The notes: a model not told the origin generated them from the letters alone. 64,000 bases of DNA from Spirochaetia bacterium (GCA_963668315.1 OY764216.1:1792001-1856000), one strand, 5' to 3'; shown: positions 10,905-21,488, counted from the first letter of the stretch. Numbers and translations are program-made.

Positions 10905-10983
10905 GGGAGGCCCCGCTGGCGCGGGCCGGGCTTTCCCCTCCAATTCGCCTCATCGGCTCATTTCCGGTACAATCCCTGCCTCG
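10905..10983 (+). ncRNA. Flavo-1-like structured RNA / palindromic repeat element, copy A
   Basis: GGGAGGCCC-hairpin-GGGCCGGGCTTTCC...TTCCGGTACAATCCCT matches the Flavo-1 layout as recalled; a related copy lies at 39607. Confidence 0.55.
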
Positions 10984-11005
10984 GCAGGCTGGCGGAGCAT
11001 GTTAT

Positions 11006-11887
11006 TCAGGAGAAGGCCAGCTCCCCCTCAAAGGGAATGGACTCCATGGCACCCGCCCGGGACACGGTCACCGAGGCGGCGAGGGACGCCCTCTCCATGG
11101 CGTCGCCTATGCTCAGACCCCTGACGCGGGAGGCCAGAAAATACCCCAGGAACGTATCACCCGCGGCGGTTGTATCCCTGACTTCGGTTTTAACGGCGGG
11201 GGAGTGGAGTCTTTCCCGTCCCCGGCCGAAGTAGGCCCCCTCTTCTCCGGCGGTCAGGATAATATTCAAACCGGGATAGAGACCGGTCAGTCTGTTCAGT
11301 GTATCTTCCGGTTCTCCTTCTCCGCCGGCCAGATCGCGGCCCTCGATCTCGTTGACGACCAGATACTCAAGCTTCTCCAGGGGCCAGCTCTTCACATCTT
11401 CGGAAAAGGGCGCCGGATTCAGACAGATCTTCATGCCCCTTTCCGAAGCTTTCTCCAGAAGGTAGGGAGTCAGGTTTATCTCATTCTGCAGAACCAGGTA
11501 ATCCCCTTCGCCGAAATAATCCAGAGTCCGGTCCGCGTGGCTTCTGTCGTTATTCCTGTTCCCGCCCCCGAAGAGCACGATCGAGTTCTGTCCGTTCTCG
11601 TCCACCTGTATCAGAGCCTGTCCGGTGGGGCCGTCGTATTCCCGGATGAAATCGGTCCTGACATGGAAGCGTTCCAGCAGCTCCTTCAGCCGGAAGCCGT
11701 CGCTGCCTATTGTTCCCCCGTGCCAGACCTCGGCCCCCGCTTTGGCCAGGGCCACCGACTGGTTGGCTCCCTTGCCCCCCGCCGATGTGACCAGGGAGGA
11801 TGCGGAGAGCGTCTCCCCCGGCGTGACGATATGGGGAACCTGGAAAATAAGGTCGATATTGAGAGATCCGAAGTTGAGAATTTTCAT
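11006..11887 (-). CDS. rbsK: Ribokinase (PfkB family)
   Basis: GSLNID, GGKGANQ, LQNE, NEIE, DTTAAGDTF. Confidence 0.9.
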   Translation of the reverse strand: MKILNFGSLNIDLIFQVPHIVTPGETLSASSLVTSAGGKGANQSVALAKAGAEVWHGGTIGSDGFRLKELLERFHVRTDFIREYDGPTGQALIQVDENGQNSIVLFGGGNRNNDRSHADRTLDYFGEGDYLVLQNEINLTPYLLEKASERGMKICLNPAPFSEDVKSWPLEKLEYLVVNEIEGRDLAGGEGEPEDTLNRLTGLYPGLNIILTAGEEGAYFGRGRERLHSPAVKTEVRDTTAAGDTFLGYFLASRVRGLSIGDAMERASLAASVTVSRAGAMESIPFEGELAFS

Positions 11888-12006
11888 GTTTGATCCGCCT
11901 GAATTTCTTTTTACACATTATACACGGTAAATTGTGACTTTTTTTTTGGAAAAGAAAAAAGTTCTTTTAATATTAATCTCTACACTCTATTATTAGGTCA
12001 GGAAAT

Positions 12007-12306
12007 ATGGACGGCGAAAAATTGAATAAAATTGTTAAGACTTGCGTGAATTGTGGAACCAGCCTGGGACAGCTGAGAGCTACGAAAAGAGCCGGCTGTT
12101 CAGGGTGCTATCAGACATTCGACGAAGAGATAAACAGACTGACCGGCGAACTCTTCTCCCCGGGAGAAGAGGAGGAAGAAATCAGCGGTACCGAACGTGA
12201 ATCCCTGCAGCGTGAACTTGACCGGGCCCTCAAAGAGGAAGACTATGAGCTGGCCGTCCACCTCCGAGACCAACTGGCAGGAATGATTGGAGATGAATTA
12301 CTCTAA
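12007..12306 (+). CDS. mcsA: Short McsA-like protein (CxxC, GCxxCY, UVR domain)
   Basis: CVNCG, AGCSGCYQTF and EDYELAVHLRD (UVR); first gene of the mcsB-clpC operon. Confidence 0.75.
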   Translation: MDGEKLNKIVKTCVNCGTSLGQLRATKRAGCSGCYQTFDEEINRLTGELFSPGEEEEEISGTERESLQRELDRALKEEDYELAVHLRDQLAGMIGDELL

Positions 12307-13390
12307 GGAAAATAACTCGCCGCTTATGGAAAAAAGAACGGGATGGTTCTCCCGGAGGGGAGAAATGTATCATACGGTGCTGTCAACCCGGCTGCGCCTC
12401 TCTCGCAATGTGGAAAATTACCGTTTCCCCGGGACCATGGACCGGGAGGAGGGCGATGAACTTCAGGCCGGACTGAAAACCTTTCTTTTAAAAAAGGATC
12501 CCGTCTCGGCCCCTTTCAGCGCCTACTCTCTGGCGGCTCTGTCCCTCCGTGAAAAACTGCTTCTCAGGGAGAGAAACATACTGACATCCCGTCAGATGGA
12601 AAACCGGCGGGGAACCGTCGTCCTGGGTAAGGGGGAAGAGCTTAACTGTCTGCTCTGCGTGGATGATCACGTTCAGATTATAGGCCTGGGGAACGGATAC
12701 TGTCTCCCCTCTCTTTATAATGAAGCAAAAGCTCTTGCCGATGAGGCGGACCGGGAATTCCCCTTCGCCCGTGACGAGGTCCACGGCTATCTGACCAGCC
12801 GGGTGACCGAAGCAGGAACCGGGCTCCGGGCATCGGTTATCATGCAGCTTTCCGCCCTCTCCCTCATGGAGGATATGGACCCCCTCTTTCTGGCGCTTAT
12901 GGAGAGAGGCCTCTGTATCAGGGGATATATGGATGATCAGGAGCAGTCCCGGGGCGGGCTTTACCAGATCTACTGCGGGGGTAACGGCGGCTATAAAAGG
13001 ACAGATGAGATATTGAATAGTTTTTCCGAGGCTGTTAAGATTCTTTCCGAAAGGGAAGAGGCTTGCCGCCGGGAGATTAACAGGGGGCGCTATCCCCAGC
13101 TCGAAGACAGGATATCCCGATCCCTGGGAGTCCTCCGGTACTGCCGGATGATATCCGCCGGGGAAGCGTATAAGCACTTGATGCTGCTGAGGCAGGGAAT
13201 CTGCCTCGGCTGGATAACAGAAATTTCCCTGGAAGCGATTTCGGCATTGGGACTGTTTACGGGACAGGCTCATGTGGAAGGGCTGCTTTCAGAGGAAGGA
13301 ACCGAACCGACTGCCGAACTGGTGGATGAAAGGAGAGCCCGGCTCATACGGGAGACTCTGGACGGAAACCTTTCCTTTTTCGGCGAATAG
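12293..13390 (+). CDS. mcsB: McsB-like ATP:guanido phosphotransferase fold protein with a degenerate active site
   Basis: STRLRLSRN, DH, GYLT...GTGLRASV, IRG and RARLIR motifs; located upstream of clpC. Confidence 0.8.
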   Translation: MNYSKENNSPLMEKRTGWFSRRGEMYHTVLSTRLRLSRNVENYRFPGTMDREEGDELQAGLKTFLLKKDPVSAPFSAYSLAALSLREKLLLRERNILTSRQMENRRGTVVLGKGEELNCLLCVDDHVQIIGLGNGYCLPSLYNEAKALADEADREFPFARDEVHGYLTSRVTEAGTGLRASVIMQLSALSLMEDMDPLFLALMERGLCIRGYMDDQEQSRGGLYQIYCGGNGGYKRTDEILNSFSEAVKILSEREEACRREINRGRYPQLEDRISRSLGVLRYCRMISAGEAYKHLMLLRQGICLGWITEISLEAISALGLFTGQAHVEGLLSEEGTEPTAELVDERRARLIRETLDGNLSFFGE

Positions 13391-13405
13391 GACGCGGAGT
13401 TAATA

Positions 13406-15913
13406 ATGATAAAAGGATTATCCCAGAGGGCCCAGAGGGTCCTGACCGTATTGGCCCAGGAAGAGGCGAGGCGCACCCGTTCCGACCGTCTTTATCCCGA
13501 GCATGTTTTATTGGGAATTCTCAGGGAAAAGGAAGGCAACGGCTATACCGCCCTGACCCGTCTGAATATAGAGAGCCACGAACTCCGGATAGAGCTGGAA
13601 AAGGGTATTCAGGTTGAGCACAAAAGCTTCATCCTGGGCGAAGTTCCCCCCTCTTCCCGGGTAAGGGTTCTTCTGGAAAACGCCGCCAACGAGGCGTCCC
13701 TCCTCAACCATGAATACATCGGCACGGAACACTTCCTCCTGGCCGCCGCCGGAGAAAAAGAGAGCCCCCTGGCTCAGTACTTCAGCCGTTTCAAGCTTTC
13801 CCCCGATATCCTCCGGGGCGTCGTGTACGAGGTGACCAAGGGGGCCAACGGCAATCGCCCCCCCTCTCAGCCCGGAAGGCGTCCGAGCAAGCCGACCTTC
13901 GCCGGCACCGGCGCCCGCGAAGGGGTCAGGGTGAACGGAGAGGAGGGGGGCACCTCCTTCCTCGACCAGTTCTCCCGTGATCTGACCGATATCGCCCGGC
14001 AGGGCGGCCTTGATCCGGTTATCGGCCGGGACAGGGAGATCAACCGTGTTCTCAGAATCCTGGCCCGGAGAAGTAAAAACAATCCGGTGCTTCTCGGCGA
14101 GCCGGGCGTGGGTAAAACCGCCGTCGTGGAAGGCCTTGCCATGCGTATCGCCGACGGTACGGCCCCCGATTTCTTCCTGAACAGCCGGGTCATCAGCCTG
14201 GATCTCGCTTCCCTCGTGGCGGGTACCAAGTACCGGGGCGAGTTCGAGGAGCGGCTCAAGAAAATCATCCGGGAAGTGCAGAAGGCGGGGAACATCATCC
14301 TCTTTATCGACGAACTTCACACCATTATCGGCGCGGGCGGTGCCGAAGGGGCCATCGACGCCTCCAATATGCTCAAGCCCGCCCTTTCCCGGGGCGAGAT
14401 CCAGTGCGTGGGCGCCACCACCCTGAACGAGTATAAGAAGCATATCGAGAAAGACCCCGCCCTGGAAAGGCGTTTTCAGAGCGTTCTGGTGGAGGAGCCC
14501 AGCGCCGAAGAGACAAAGGCCATCCTCAGGGGAATCAAGACCCGCTACGAGGACCACCATAACGTCACCTATCAGGATAACGCCATCGACGCGGCGGTGG
14601 AGCTGAGCTCCCGCTATATTCAGGACCGCTTCCTCCCCGACAAAGCCATCGATCTGATGGACGAGGCCGGATCGTCAAAGCGCATGAAAAATCTGGTGCA
14701 GCCCAATGAAGTGCTGGAACTGGAGATGAAAGTCGCCGACCTGACCGCCGAGAAAATCTCCCTGGTCAATACGCAGAACTACGAGAAAGCCGCCGCCGTG
14801 CGGGATAAGGTACGGGAACTGAAGAAGGAGATCGAGACCCTCCGTCAGAGCTGGGAAAAGACCCTCCGGGAGGAGGAGAACGTCATCACCCGGACGGATA
14901 TTCAGGAGCTGATCGCCGAAGTGACAGGCATCCCCGTGAGCCAGCTGGTTCAGAGCGAATCGGAACGGCTTCTGAAAATAGAGGAGGCCCTCCACCAGAC
15001 GGTGATCGGCCAGGACGAAGCCATCGGCGTTATCGCCTCCTCCATCCGCCGCTCACGGACGGGGCTCAATTCCCCCTCCCGTCCCCTGGGCTCCTTTATC
15101 TTTCTGGGCCCCACCGGAGTGGGAAAAACCCTGCTGGCCAAGACCCTGGCGGAGTATCTTTTCGGCAATTCCGACGCCCTGGTGCGTGTGGACATGTCCG
15201 ATTACATGGAAAAGCACAATATTTCCCGTCTTGTGGGAGCTCCTCCGGGATATGTCGGCTATGAGGAAGGGGGCACCCTGACGGAGAAAATCCGCCATAA
15301 GCCCTACAGCGTCGTTCTTCTCGACGAAATTGAGAAAGCCCACGGCGATGTTTTCAACCTCCTCCTGCAGATTCTGGAAGAAGGGGAGGTGCAGGACAGT
15401 CTGGGCCACCGGGTCTCCTTCCGAAACTGCGTCATTATCATGACCTCCAACGCCGGCGCCCGGCAGATCATGCAGGGAGCGGGAATCGGCTTTTCCCGGA
15501 ACGGCGGACTCATGTCCCATGACGAGCTGACCTCTTCGGCCATGCAGGAACTTAAGCGGATCTTTCAGCCGGAGTTCATCAACCGGATAGACGAGACCGT
15601 GGTATTCCACTATCTGGAGCATCAGCATGTCATGTCCATCCTGGATCTCATGGTGGATGAACTGTGCGAAAGGCTCTCCGATCAGCACATCGAGCTGAAT
15701 CTTTCCTCCCGGGTTAAGGAATATTTGCTCGAAAAGGGCTATGATGTTAACTACGGAGCCCGTCCTCTGCGCCGCCTGATCCAGAAAGAAGTGGAAGATC
15801 CCATCTCTCTGGGGCTCTTAAGCGGAAAATTCCGGGAGAATGATCAGATCCGCGGTGAACTGCGGAACGGACAGATAAATTTCAGGACGGGAAAGACGAA
15901 AAAGGAGGGTTAG
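13406..15913 (+). CDS. clpC: ATP-dependent Clp protease ATPase subunit ClpC
   Basis: Clp N repeats, two Walker A motifs ([16 protein letters not shown]), UVR-like middle domain ([10 protein letters not shown]) and IGF loop. Confidence 0.95.
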   Translation: MIKGLSQRAQRVLTVLAQEEARRTRSDRLYPEHVLLGILREKEGNGYTALTRLNIESHELRIELEKGIQVEHKSFILGEVPPSSRVRVLLENAANEASLLNHEYIGTEHFLLAAAGEKESPLAQYFSRFKLSPDILRGVVYEVTKGANGNRPPSQPGRRPSKPTFAGTGAREGVRVNGEEGGTSFLDQFSRDLTDIARQGGLDPVIGRDREINRVLRILARRSKNNPVLLGEPGVGKTAVVEGLAMRIADGTAPDFFLNSRVISLDLASLVAGTKYRGEFEERLKKIIREVQKAGNIILFIDELHTIIGAGGAEGAIDASNMLKPALSRGEIQCVGATTLNEYKKHIEKDPALERRFQSVLVEEPSAEETKAILRGIKTRYEDHHNVTYQDNAIDAAVELSSRYIQDRFLPDKAIDLMDEAGSSKRMKNLVQPNEVLELEMKVADLTAEKISLVNTQNYEKAAAVRDKVRELKKEIETLRQSWEKTLREEENVITRTDIQELIAEVTGIPVSQLVQSESERLLKIEEALHQTVIGQDEAIGVIASSIRRSRTGLNSPSRPLGSFIFLGPTGVGKTLLAKTLAEYLFGNSDALVRVDMSDYMEKHNISRLVGAPPGYVGYEEGGTLTEKIRHKPYSVVLLDEIEKAHGDVFNLLLQILEEGEVQDSLGHRVSFRNCVIIMTSNAGARQIMQGAGIGFSRNGGLMSHDELTSSAMQELKRIFQPEFINRIDETVVFHYLEHQHVMSILDLMVDELCERLSDQHIELNLSSRVKEYLLEKGYDVNYGARPLRRLIQKEVEDPISLGLLSGKFRENDQIRGELRNGQINFRTGKTKKEG

Positions 15914-18769
15914 GTGAGAAGACTTCCCCTGGCCATCGGCTTTCTTATATTGACAGTCACCCTGTCTGCTCAGAGCAAGGAGCAGCTTTTCGACCAGGGC
16001 CTCGGCGCCTTTCAGGACGGCCTGTACGACGATGCCCTCGGTAATTTCGACACCTACCTGGAACGGTACGGCTCGGAATCCCGGGCCGACGCGGTCATGT
16101 ACATGGCCGGCGTGGCACGTTACAGTCTGGGACGCTATGCCGACTCTCTGGATACCTTCGGGCGGCTGGAAAGGGAGCGCCCCGATTCCCCCTATCTCAG
16201 AAGGTCTCCCTACTGGCAGGGACTGAGTCATTACGCCCTGGGGCAATGGGATCGGGCGGAAGAGTCTTTCACCGGCCAGCTGGCCCATCAGGGAGAGACC
16301 TACTATGTGGAGCGGAGTTTCCTCTATCTGGGGCTTCTCAAGGAGAAAAAGGCCGATTGGGACGGGGCGGCCGAGAGCTATGCCCGCCTGATCAGCCTTT
16401 CGGGAAATACGGAGCTGGTCACCCAGGCTTACTACCGGAGGGGGCTGGTTTACCTGAACCGGGAGGATTATCTCCGGGCCCTCCCGAATTTCGAAACCCT
16501 CTCCGCCGATTACGGGAGCTCCCCCTACACGAAGGCCATGCCCTACTATATCGGCCTCTGCTATCTCAATCTGGATAAACCGGAGGAAGCGAAAAGAAGG
16601 TTCGAACTCTACCTGCGCCTTTTTCCCTCCGGGGAATATGCCGATTCCGTCAGACTTCAGTTGGCCCGGGCCGAAAGTGAAGCGGGAAACCGTGACAAAG
16701 CCCTGGAGCTCCTGGAAAATCTGCAGGCTTCGGGGGGCGATCTTGCCGGGCGGGCACGGAATATGATGGCCGAGAATTACAGCGCCCTGGGAGATACGGC
16801 CCGGGCCCGAGAAATCTGGCTGGCCCTTCTCGAAGAGGAAACACGTCCCGGAGAGAAGGACCGCATCAAGTACAATATCGCCCTCACCTGGCTCAAAGAG
16901 GGAAACACAGACAAAGCCGCCGGCCGCTTTAAGGAGACCATGGCCCTGCTGGACAGTCCGGTGCGTAGGGATTCCCTGGATGCCCTGGCTTCCCTTTACC
17001 TGGAAGAGGGTGACAAGGAGCTGGCCCTGGGCTATGCCAAGACCCTCTTCGACGACTATCCCGATTATGAAAAGCGGGAGGAAGCCGGCGCCCTGGCGGC
17101 CGCCCTGATGATGGAGCTGAACCGGACGGATATGCTGGGGCCCCATCTGAAGCTTATGGTTGACCTCTACGGCGACGGGGAGAAAAACGACCTTTACCTG
17201 ATGATGCTGGGGCAGGCGGCCATGGACCGGAAAGAGTGGACCGACGCCCTTTCCTATCTGGGCAGGCTGGAAAAGAATTATCCCCAGAGCGAATACCGGG
17301 AGGAGGCGCTCTACCGCCTTGGCTATATCTACATCCTGCGCGAAGAGTATATACGCGGTACGGAATATCTGGGAAAACTGCTCGCCCTGAATAAGGAGCT
17401 CTCTCCCGAAGTGGAAGAGGATGCCCGCTATTCCCTGGCCCTGGCCTATTATAAAGGAGGGAAGGGCGGCGAGGCTCTGGCCCTTTTCGAAGACTATCTG
17501 GCACGGTACGGCGAGACCGAGAGGGGAGGCGAGATCGCCCTATATATGGGGGATATCCGCTTCGACCGGCGCGAATGGTCCCGGGCGGCGGATCTTTTTT
17601 CCATGTCGGCCGGTGTTCTGGGTCAGGAGGAAAGCCCCCTGGTCTGGGAGGCCTCCTTCAAGGAAGCCCTCTCCCGTCAGAAGATGGAAGCGTGGGAACA
17701 GGCGGCCGGACTTTTTATGGCCCTGGCCGGTCAGGCGCCTCTTCAACCCTATGGGGAGGAGTCCCTTTACCAGGGCGGTGTCTGTCTGGTTGAATCCGGG
17801 CAGAGCGCTCGGGGCCGGGAGCTTTTCGAACGGGCTGTCCGGGAAGCGTCCGGCGATGTCCGGGAGCGTTCCCTTTACCAGCTGGTACGCCTTTCCCTGG
17901 AGGAAGGGGACCGGGAGGAAGCCGTCCGCCTGGCCGAAGTCATGAAGGCCGATTATCCCGACAGCGGTCTGGGAAGCAGTCTCTTTTTCTCCGAAGCGGA
18001 GGATTACTGGACCATGGGGGATTATGAACAGGCAAGGGAGTGGTATCTTCTGTGCGCCCGGGTCTTCCCCGAACCTTCCGTAGAAATCCAGGCGGGTCTG
18101 CGGGCTTCTCTGGCCCTGGCCGAATCGGGCCGGACCGCAGAGGCTATAGACGAACTGTCCCGGGATCTGACGGATGAACTGAAAAGCGGCGGTGGATCTC
18201 CCGAAGGACGGGCGACCGCACTGGGGCGGCTTCTTGTGAAAGAGAAACAGCCCGCCCTGGCCGAAAAGATTCTGACAGAGGTTTCCGCCCTGACCGATAA
18301 GCCCGCCGTTCTGGGCCCCCTTGTCATTGCCTCTGAACGCTCCGGTTCCGCCGACGAAAATATGCCTGCCTATCTGGAGAGGATCTACCGCTCCGAGGAT
18401 TTACCCCTCTCCTTGCGGACCGAGGCTCTTCTCCTTCTGGGGCGGTACCGTATCGCCGACGGGGAGAGGGACGAGGGGAAAGCCCTGTACCGTGTGGTTA
18501 TGGATTCGGACAAAGGCAGCCTGGGAGCCGAAGCCAACTATCTCCTGGGTGAACTGATAAGCGAAGACGATCCGTCCCAGGGAGCCCAGGAACTGCTGAA
18601 TGTCAGTTACAACTATCCCGCCCAGGTCGAATGGGCCTCACGGGCTCTCTATCGCTCCTGGGAACTCTATTCCGCCCTGGAAGGAGCCGGGAAAAGAGCG
18701 CAGATCGTCAGGGACAAGCTTCTGGAGCAGTATCCCGATTCGGAGTGGGCCCTCATGCTGGGAGAGTAA
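15914..18769 (+). CDS. Large exported TPR-repeat protein
   Basis: Signal peptide and many TPR repeats (YP.S, A.Y..G); its GTG directly follows the clpC stop. Confidence 0.85.
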   Translation: MRRLPLAIGFLILTVTLSAQSKEQLFDQGLGAFQDGLYDDALGNFDTYLERYGSESRADAVMYMAGVARYSLGRYADSLDTFGRLERERPDSPYLRRSPYWQGLSHYALGQWDRAEESFTGQLAHQGETYYVERSFLYLGLLKEKKADWDGAAESYARLISLSGNTELVTQAYYRRGLVYLNREDYLRALPNFETLSADYGSSPYTKAMPYYIGLCYLNLDKPEEAKRRFELYLRLFPSGEYADSVRLQLARAESEAGNRDKALELLENLQASGGDLAGRARNMMAENYSALGDTARAREIWLALLEEETRPGEKDRIKYNIALTWLKEGNTDKAAGRFKETMALLDSPVRRDSLDALASLYLEEGDKELALGYAKTLFDDYPDYEKREEAGALAAALMMELNRTDMLGPHLKLMVDLYGDGEKNDLYLMMLGQAAMDRKEWTDALSYLGRLEKNYPQSEYREEALYRLGYIYILREEYIRGTEYLGKLLALNKELSPEVEEDARYSLALAYYKGGKGGEALALFEDYLARYGETERGGEIALYMGDIRFDRREWSRAADLFSMSAGVLGQEESPLVWEASFKEALSRQKMEAWEQAAGLFMALAGQAPLQPYGEESLYQGGVCLVESGQSARGRELFERAVREASGDVRERSLYQLVRLSLEEGDREEAVRLAEVMKADYPDSGLGSSLFFSEAEDYWTMGDYEQAREWYLLCARVFPEPSVEIQAGLRASLALAESGRTAEAIDELSRDLTDELKSGGGSPEGRATALGRLLVKEKQPALAEKILTEVSALTDKPAVLGPLVIASERSGSADENMPAYLERIYRSEDLPLSLRTEALLLLGRYRIADGERDEGKALYRVVMDSDKGSLGAEANYLLGELISEDDPSQGAQELLNVSYNYPAQVEWASRALYRSWELYSALEGAGKRAQIVRDKLLEQYPDSEWALMLGE

Positions 18770-18806
18770 TCCCCATCGGCAAAAAGATTAAGAAAAGGAG
18801 ACTTCA

Positions 18807-19112
18807 TTGATTAAGCATATTGTCATGTGGAAGTTCAAGGAAGAGGCGGAAGGAAAAAGTAAAGAGGAGAACATAGCTCTTGTCAAAGCCGGTCTGGAAT
18901 CCCTGAAGGGAGTTATTCCCCAGATAACCGATGACTTTGAAGTGGGGGTGAACATCACCGAAGCCGATACGGCCTTCGATGCCGTGCTGGTTTCGTCCTT
19001 CAAAAGCCGGGAAGACCTGCTGGCCTACCGCAACGACCCCCGCCACAAAAAAGAGGCGGCCTATAATAAAAAAGTACGATCCGAACGGGTCGTGGTGGAT
19101 TACGAGTACTGA
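18807..19112 (+). CDS. Dabb-family stress-responsive A/B barrel protein
   Basis: IKHIVMWKFK ... F.S.EDL.AY..DP.H ... VVDYE. Confidence 0.85.
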   Translation: MIKHIVMWKFKEEAEGKSKEENIALVKAGLESLKGVIPQITDDFEVGVNITEADTAFDAVLVSSFKSREDLLAYRNDPRHKKEAAYNKKVRSERVVVDYEY

Positions 19113-19153
19113 TAGACTCCCGTTCGGCCTGTTCACAGGAGGGAGAAAGGCAT

Positions 19154-19192
19154 AAAAAAACGGCGGGTGATAACTCACACCGCCGCTTTTTA
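19154..19192. terminator. Bidirectional intrinsic terminator
   Basis: A7-CGGCGG...CCGCCG-CTTTTT between convergent genes. Confidence 0.7.
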
Positions 19193-19206
19193 TCTTTCAG
19201 CAAAGA

Positions 19207-19371
19207 TCAACCTTCGCTGATGGCGTCCATGGGACATTCGGAAGCGCAGGAACCGCAGTCCACACAAGCGTCGGTGATGGTATAAACATCGCCGGCCTCA
19301 ATAGCTTCGGCGGGACACTCTGCAGCGCAGGATCCGCAACCGGTACATTTTTCTGCATCGATAACGTACAT
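19207..19371 (-). CDS. 2[4Fe-4S] clostridial-type ferredoxin, 54 aa (not in the ORF track)
   Basis: Translates MYVIDAEKCTGCGSCAAECPAEAIEAGDVYTITDACVDCGSCASECPMDAISEG with two CxxCxxCxxxCP motifs and a GAGG RBS. Confidence 0.95.
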   Translation of the reverse strand: MYVIDAEKCTGCGSCAAECPAEAIEAGDVYTITDACVDCGSCASECPMDAISEG

Positions 19372-19405
19372 TATACACCTCTCTTGGAGTAATATTTATA
19401 AGGGG

Positions 19406-19434
19406 AATATAACGTATATGCCCCGTCTGGTCAA
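19406..19434 (-). promoter_or_regulatory. sigma70 promoter of the ferredoxin gene
   Basis: TTGACC-N17-TATATT. Confidence 0.7.
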
Positions 19435-19610
19435 TACGGATTGTAAAACAGTGAATTAACATCACTTTTTTTGTTAATTACATTTTATACAGATTGATTA
19501 CATCTTTTCGTTACAACCCCGACTTACAATTTTGACAAAACTAAAATAGTTGGAAAGAAAAAAGTATCAAGAAGAGATATTTTCCCTTCTTTCCAGAGGA
19601 GAGATTAGAA

Positions 19611-20732
19611 ATGAAGAAACTTTTCGTTCTTTTGGTTCTGGTTGTAGCTATGGTTGCAGCTCCCGTTTTCGCAGAGGTTTCAGGAACTTCTTATGAAGGG
19701 GATTTCCGCTACAAAGTCGGTGGTGATTTTTCTAGTAGTACTCAAACAAGTACTGGAGATCAGGACCTTGACCTTATTCTCGATGCTCATGTTGGTGAAT
19801 TCACAACTTTTAGCGTTGAGATCCAGGCTGATCCTGACAATGACACCAGTGGCGTTGTAGATGGTGGTCTTCTGAATATTGATGACATTACCATGACTCA
19901 GGATTTTGGTTCTATGTATGGTCTTGATCTTACTCTCAAGATGACTGCAGGTACTTTCGATTTTAGTCCTACGGAATACGAAGACATGATGGATTTTGAG
20001 TTTATACATCCTTCTGACCAGGATGCAATTCAGTTTGAAGTAGGAACAGCTGGTCTTACCGCAACTGTTTGGTTGGCTCCTGTTGAGCTTGCTTCCGAAG
20101 CTAATGTTTTCGCTGCAAAGGTTGTATATGAATCTGATATGGCTAATGTTGCTGCTAACTATGTTCGGTTTGGTGAAGGTGCAACTCGCCAGATAACTCT
20201 TGCTGGACAGGATATTGGAACTCCTATTCCTGCTGTTGACAATAAGGGTAACATTTCTGCTTCAGCTAAAATCCTTCCTGTTGAAGGTGTAACCGTTTAT
20301 GGTTCTGTCGAAGCTGATCTGGATGTTGAACTGAACATGTTCGGATTTGGAGCTGCCTACACTATGGATGCTCTGACTGTTGAAGCGGCCTTCGAAGCAT
20401 TTGTGTGTGATAATTCTGACTATGCTATTGATATCGCTATTGATGATTCAGGAGTCCTCGGTCTGGGTGTAGCTTATGATGTAACCGATTCTGTAACTGC
20501 TAAAGCTGGCGCTTACTATCCCCTGAACGAAGATATTGATATGGTTTTTGATGCCGGTGTTGTCTTTGATGTTGATACTGTTGAATATTGCCTTGGTGTT
20601 TCTTATGCTCCTTCTACAAATGTAGCACCCGGTATTGACTTAGCTTGGGATGAAACTTACGTAGCTCCCTACTCCGCTGCTGGCTTCGGCGAAGACTTTG
20701 CCGTTTCCTTCCAGATGGACGTAGATTTCTAA
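19611..20732 (+). CDS. Putative outer-membrane beta-barrel / porin (candidate major outer sheath protein)
   Basis: Signal peptide ending VFA, amphipathic beta-strands, C-terminal Phe, very acidic, strong RBS and own terminator. Confidence 0.7.
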   Translation: MKKLFVLLVLVVAMVAAPVFAEVSGTSYEGDFRYKVGGDFSSSTQTSTGDQDLDLILDAHVGEFTTFSVEIQADPDNDTSGVVDGGLLNIDDITMTQDFGSMYGLDLTLKMTAGTFDFSPTEYEDMMDFEFIHPSDQDAIQFEVGTAGLTATVWLAPVELASEANVFAAKVVYESDMANVAANYVRFGEGATRQITLAGQDIGTPIPAVDNKGNISASAKILPVEGVTVYGSVEADLDVELNMFGFGAAYTMDALTVEAAFEAFVCDNSDYAIDIAIDDSGVLGLGVAYDVTDSVTAKAGAYYPLNEDIDMVFDAGVVFDVDTVEYCLGVSYAPSTNVAPGIDLAWDETYVAPYSAAGFGEDFAVSFQMDVDF

Positions 20733-20758
20733 GTAAACCCTTAGAACAAAAATTAGTT

Positions 20759-20793
20759 AAACAGACCGGTCCCTTGCGGACCGGTCTGTTTTT
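20759..20793 (+). terminator. Intrinsic terminator after the porin gene
   Basis: AAACAGACCGGTCC-CTTGC-GGACCGGTCTGTTTTT. Confidence 0.85.
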
Positions 20794-20810
20794 ATGTAAA
20801 ATACGTTTCC

Positions 20811-21488
20811 ATGGAGTCGTGCCGCTGTTTTCTGCTTACTGAAAAGCCCGGAGATTTTCATCAGCTTATCTCTTTTATGAATCTTTACGGTTTCGAACCC
20901 CAGGGGGAACTGCCCGATAAGAAGGAAACCGAACTGTTTCTTCTCGATGTGGATTCGGTGGATCTGAAAGAGTGGCGGCAGAATTGCCGGGATGAAGGTT
21001 TTGATAACATACCCTTCATCTGCCTCTCCTCCGAAATGGGAGAATCACGCCAGCTGGGGGCTTTTCAGGCCGGAGCGGAAGATATTCTCCCCCGTGATTT
21101 CCCCCCCTCCCTTATCTGTCAGCGAATCATTACGCTTCTGCGGGTCATTCCTGAAAAAAAAAGAAAAGCCAATCGCAACAGTCAGAGTTTTATCCTTCCC
21201 GTCGGAAATCTCATCCATCTGGATCTCGGTTCCCGGGAAATGATGAAGAACGGCAAATCCGTCCACCTGACGCCCCGGGAATGGGATATTTTTCTTCTTC
21301 TGCTGAACCGGATAAACCGGGTTGTTTCCCGGGACTCCATTCTGGATAAAATACAGGGTGAAAGCGTGGAAGGTACGGACCGCCTTGTCGACAGTCACAT
21401 AAAGAATCTGCGGAAAAAACTGGGCGATAGAAAGGGAATCGAGACAGAGCGGGGATACGGCTATAAGTTAAAAGGCCGATTGTTGTAA
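20811..21488 (+). CDS. OmpR/PhoB-family response regulator with an atypical receiver
   Basis: wHTH LTPREWDI, VDSHIKNLRKKL and IETERGYGY. Confidence 0.88.
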   Translation: MESCRCFLLTEKPGDFHQLISFMNLYGFEPQGELPDKKETELFLLDVDSVDLKEWRQNCRDEGFDNIPFICLSSEMGESRQLGAFQAGAEDILPRDFPPSLICQRIITLLRVIPEKKRKANRNSQSFILPVGNLIHLDLGSREMMKNGKSVHLTPREWDIFLLLLNRINRVVSRDSILDKIQGESVEGTDRLVDSHIKNLRKKLGDRKGIETERGYGYKLKGRLL

